DNA of 64,000 bases from NCBI GenBank assembly GCA_964521195.1, contig CAZFRE010000001.1, forward strand, positions 200,239 through 264,238, read 5' to 3'. This DNA is from an uncultured Eubacteriales bacterium (lineage in GTDB: Bacteria; Actinomycetota; Coriobacteriia; Anaerosomatales; JAAXUF01). The notes under the pieces were generated by a model. That model saw only the letters and a list, made by a program, of their open reading frames with translations. It was not told the DNA's origin and did no database searches. A program made the position numbers and the translations under genes. How positions within the stretch are numbered: the first letter of the stretch is position 1; each line of letters starts with the position of its first letter. This document shows positions 61,783 through 64,000 of the stretch, in pieces.

Positions 61783-62929
61783 CGGTCTGGCCCGATGACG
61801 CGCCCCCATCGTCTGCGGCTTGCGGCGTGATCGCACCCTTGAGCCCCTTGTAGGTGGGGTCGGTCGCGTCGTTGACCTGGACGTGGACGTGGTTGCCGCC
61901 GCCCTTCGTGTAGCTCGCGAGCTGCACGTAGAACTTGTCCGAGATCTTGCGCAGCGCGGCGATGCGGGTCTCGCCGCCGCTGACCGAGTCGCCCGGGCGG
62001 CACGTGACCTTCTGGACGTGGATCATCACGACGTCGAGCTCGGGATGTCCGCTCGGCTGGATGTGGATCTCGTAGTCGTCCCACTTGCCGTACAGCTTGT
62101 ACTTCTTCACCTTGACCACGGTGCCGGTGACCGGCGCGTAGACCGCGGCACCGGGCTTCCCACCGACATCAGCCGCCGTGTCGGGCCGGCCGGGGCGAGG
62201 GCGCCACATGCGCAGCACCTTGCCGATGAGAACGGCCTCGGTACCGGTCGGCTGCTCCGAAGCGTCGCGGCCCGTGCCCTTGTGGTTGCCGGCTTTGCTG
62301 AGCTTGGCATCGGGGAGCGGCGTCTTCATGGGCAGCGCGTAGCTGTACGACGCCTGGTGGAAGCCGACTTCCGTGAGCGACTTCACGCGCAGCGGCAGAT
62401 GCAGCTTCACCTTCTTGTAGCTCGCGAAGATGGGCGTGGGGCCGGCGGTGGGCTGCGACGACGCGGGAGTCGCGCCGGAGCCTCCGTCGCCGGAGGCGGT
62501 CGCGATGCCCATGGCGCCGAGCGCGCCCTGCGTCGCCGCGACGGCCGCCGATGCACCGCCGCCGAGCGGCGCGGTCGCGGCGCGCCGGTCCGACGCTGTG
62601 CGCCAGCCGATCGCGACGAGCAACAGCCCGGCGATCGCGAGCGCGGCGATGAGGCCGGTCCGTTGAGCGGCCTTACGCTTGGCGCGCTGTTGGCGCGCGA
62701 TTCGGCCTTCGACAGCGATACCCGTGTCGCGCACGCCGGCGGTCAGCGGACCGGGGCCGTCGCCCTCGGCCGCGCAGGCTGCGCGGTAGCGCTCCTGCAG
62801 CTCGTCGGGGAGCGGCGGGAGCGTCGCGCCGGGGTAGCGGACCTCGTCGCTGCGGATGGTGCGGACCTGAGGTGGGTTGCGGTCGGCGCCGCGGCGCGAC
62901 ACCGGGCGCTCTCGGCGAAACGCGCTCAT
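61754..62929 (-). CDS. Membrane-anchored protein with a C-terminal LytM/M23-like beta domain lacking the first metal motif
   Basis: TM helix GLIAALAIAGLLLVAIGW, an Ala/Gly/Ser-rich linker, then GKPGAAVYAPVTGTVVKV..YEIHIQPSG..VVMIHVQ..GGGNHVHVQV (H-x-H retained, no H-x-x-x-D). ATG 62929 overlaps the CapA stop (ATGA). Confidence 0.6.
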   Translation of the reverse strand: MSAFRRERPVSRRGADRNPPQVRTIRSDEVRYPGATLPPLPDELQERYRAACAAEGDGPGPLTAGVRDTGIAVEGRIARQQRAKRKAAQRTGLIAALAIAGLLLVAIGWRTASDRRAATAPLGGGASAAVAATQGALGAMGIATASGDGGSGATPASSQPTAGPTPIFASYKKVKLHLPLRVKSLTEVGFHQASYSYALPMKTPLPDAKLSKAGNHKGTGRDASEQPTGTEAVLIGKVLRMWRPRPGRPDTAADVGGKPGAAVYAPVTGTVVKVKKYKLYGKWDDYEIHIQPSGHPELDVVMIHVQKVTCRPGDSVSGGETRIAALRKISDKFYVQLASYTKGGGNHVHVQVNDATDPTYKGLKGAITPQAADDGGASSGQTATPEHPAAQ

Positions 62930-64000
62930 CGGGTCACCGTCGCGGTGTCGCCGTCGATGACCACCTTGGTGCCGTGCGCCTTGGAGATGGTCTTGAGCCG
63001 CTTGAGGATCGCCTTCGCCTCGGCACCGCGGACCACAGCGGGGCGGCCGTACGTGTCGAGGTAGGTGGGGGTCACCTTGATGTCGGTCACCCCGGCAGGC
63101 CCCATCTTGGCGTTGAGGATGAACGACTCACCGGTCTTGCGGGAGTAGTGGTCGAAGACGAAGTCGCCGAGCGAGTAGGCGATGAGCTTCTTCCTGTAGA
63201 TCTCGACCCCTTGGATGACGTGCGGGTGGTGGGCGAGCACCATGTCGGCGCCGGCCTTCACGGCGCGGTGGGCGACCTTGATCTGCTCGGCGTTGGCGTC
63301 GTCCTTGTACTCCACGCCCCAGTGGAACGAGACGATCACGTAGTCGTGCGTCCGCTTCGCCTTCTTGATGGCGTCCTCGATCAGCCCGACGTCCCAGCGG
63401 CCCGAGGCGATGCCGGCGCGGTCGGACTGGGCGACGAATCCGGCGGGCACAACGAACGTGAACGCGAGGTAGGCCGTGGTGTCGTCGCCGGTCTCCACGA
63501 TGCCGGGCTTCCATGCCGCCTTCTGGTTCTTGCCGGCGCCGGCGTGTGCGATGCCCGCTTCGTCGAGCGCGCGGACGGTATCGGAGAGCGCCTTGGGCCC
63601 GTAGTCGAGCATGTGGTTGTTCGCGATGGACACGACATCGAAGCCTGCCGCCGAGAGACCCTCGATCGCGCGGGGGTCGCCTCGGAAGGTGACGTCCTTG
63701 TCGGCGTCCATGGTGCCGCGCTTCGAGAGCGGGCTCTCGAGGTTGCCGATCGTGATGTCGGCCTTACGCAGCCGCTTCGCCACGCGCGCGAGAGGCGCTT
63801 CGCCGCCACGCTCGCTGATGAGCGACTTCACGCGGCGGTCGAAGATCATGTCGCCCACGGCGGCTACGGTGATGGTCGCGGGCCCGGCGGCGGCCGCAGC
63901 ACTCGGCTCGGCCGAACCGGTCGCCGGCGTCGCGGACGCGGCGGGGCCGGTGGTGCCGGCGTCCGATGCGCTCGCGGTGCCGCTCGCAGAGGCGCCGCCG
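62926..64000 (-). CDS. CapA family (PGA-synthesis/metallophosphatase-like) protein; N-terminus outside the window
   Basis: VAAVGDMIFDR, VSIANNHMLDYG, VSFHWGVEY, MVLAHHPHVIQG and SLGDFVFDH. The frame stays open from 63858 to nt 64000 (Ala/Ser/Thr/Gly-rich linker), so the gene is 5'-truncated by the window edge. Confidence 0.85.
   Translation of the reverse strand, partial: GGASASGTASASDAGTTGPAASATPATGSAEPSAAAAAGPATITVAAVGDMIFDRRVKSLISERGGEAPLARVAKRLRKADITIGNLESPLSKRGTMDADKDVTFRGDPRAIEGLSAAGFDVVSIANNHMLDYGPKALSDTVRALDEAGIAHAGAGKNQKAAWKPGIVETGDDTTAYLAFTFVVPAGFVAQSDRAGIASGRWDVGLIEDAIKKAKRTHDYVIVSFHWGVEYKDDANAEQIKVAHRAVKAGADMVLAHHPHVIQGVEIYRKKLIAYSLGDFVFDHYSRKTGESFILNAKMGPAGVTDIKVTPTYLDTYGRPAVVRGAEAKAILKRLKTISKAHGTKVVIDGDTATVTR

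Noticed and set aside
1-64000. Search for CRISPR arrays, IS elements, integrases, phage genes, toxin-antitoxin pairs or defence islands.
   Set aside because: I saw no spaced direct-repeat arrays, no transposase or integrase motifs and no terminal inverted repeats. The two tRNAs are not flanked by integrase genes or duplicated 3' ends.

Overview
High-G+C chromosomal segment of a Gram-positive type. Gene content and order suggest an anaerobic Coriobacteriia-like actinobacterium or a high-GC Bacillota relative, but I cannot name the organism from sequence alone. I support about 57 protein genes, 2 tRNAs (Phe-GAA, Gln-UUG, both with encoded CCA), several GC-rich terminator hairpins and a few promoter-like sites. 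I saw no rRNA, CRISPR array, transposase, integrase or prophage signature. Many long ORFs in the track are antisense or alternate-frame 'shadow' ORFs typical of high-GC DNA and were not called. Layout: 1-9.3 kb holds a sulfatase/SulP island with two sulfatases (one fused to a DUF1269-like membrane module), an unannotated 53-aa gene, two STAS-containing SulP permeases and a membrane protein. 9.3-18.3 kb holds hydrolases, transporters, a K+ channel, a DUF6325-like/SHOCT pair and a Rex-like regulator. 18.3-24.9 kb holds an unassigned 630-bp structured interval, a kinase-less PASTA protein, an S8 protease with CWB2 repeats, tRNA-Phe and a TSP3-repeat protein. 25-30 kb holds fhs with a Cys-rich Fe-S protein, a GT2 and a secreted coiled-coil protein. 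30-33.4 kb holds a HEAT-repeat protein coupled to a degenerate HD-GYP protein. 37.5-50.4 kb is a housekeeping block in Bacillus-like order (rsmI, abrB, metG, tatD, yabE-like, rsmA, veg, ispE, spoVG, glmU, prs, rplY, pth). 51.8-54.1 kb is NfnAB-like. 54.2-59.7 kb is the most interesting candidate system. There an orphan LytTR response regulator is translationally coupled to a DUF916/CscA-like anchored protein. Next to it lie a small secreted protein and a 914-aa NIDO/HYR/FN3 surface protein that share one C-terminal domain. A 9-12-9 direct repeat of LytTR-box type sits in the divergent intergenic region. 59.7-64 kb holds UPF0210/ACT, DUF951, a LytM-like membrane protein and a partial CapA. All functional calls rest on motifs I can read in the translations. 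No database search was run.
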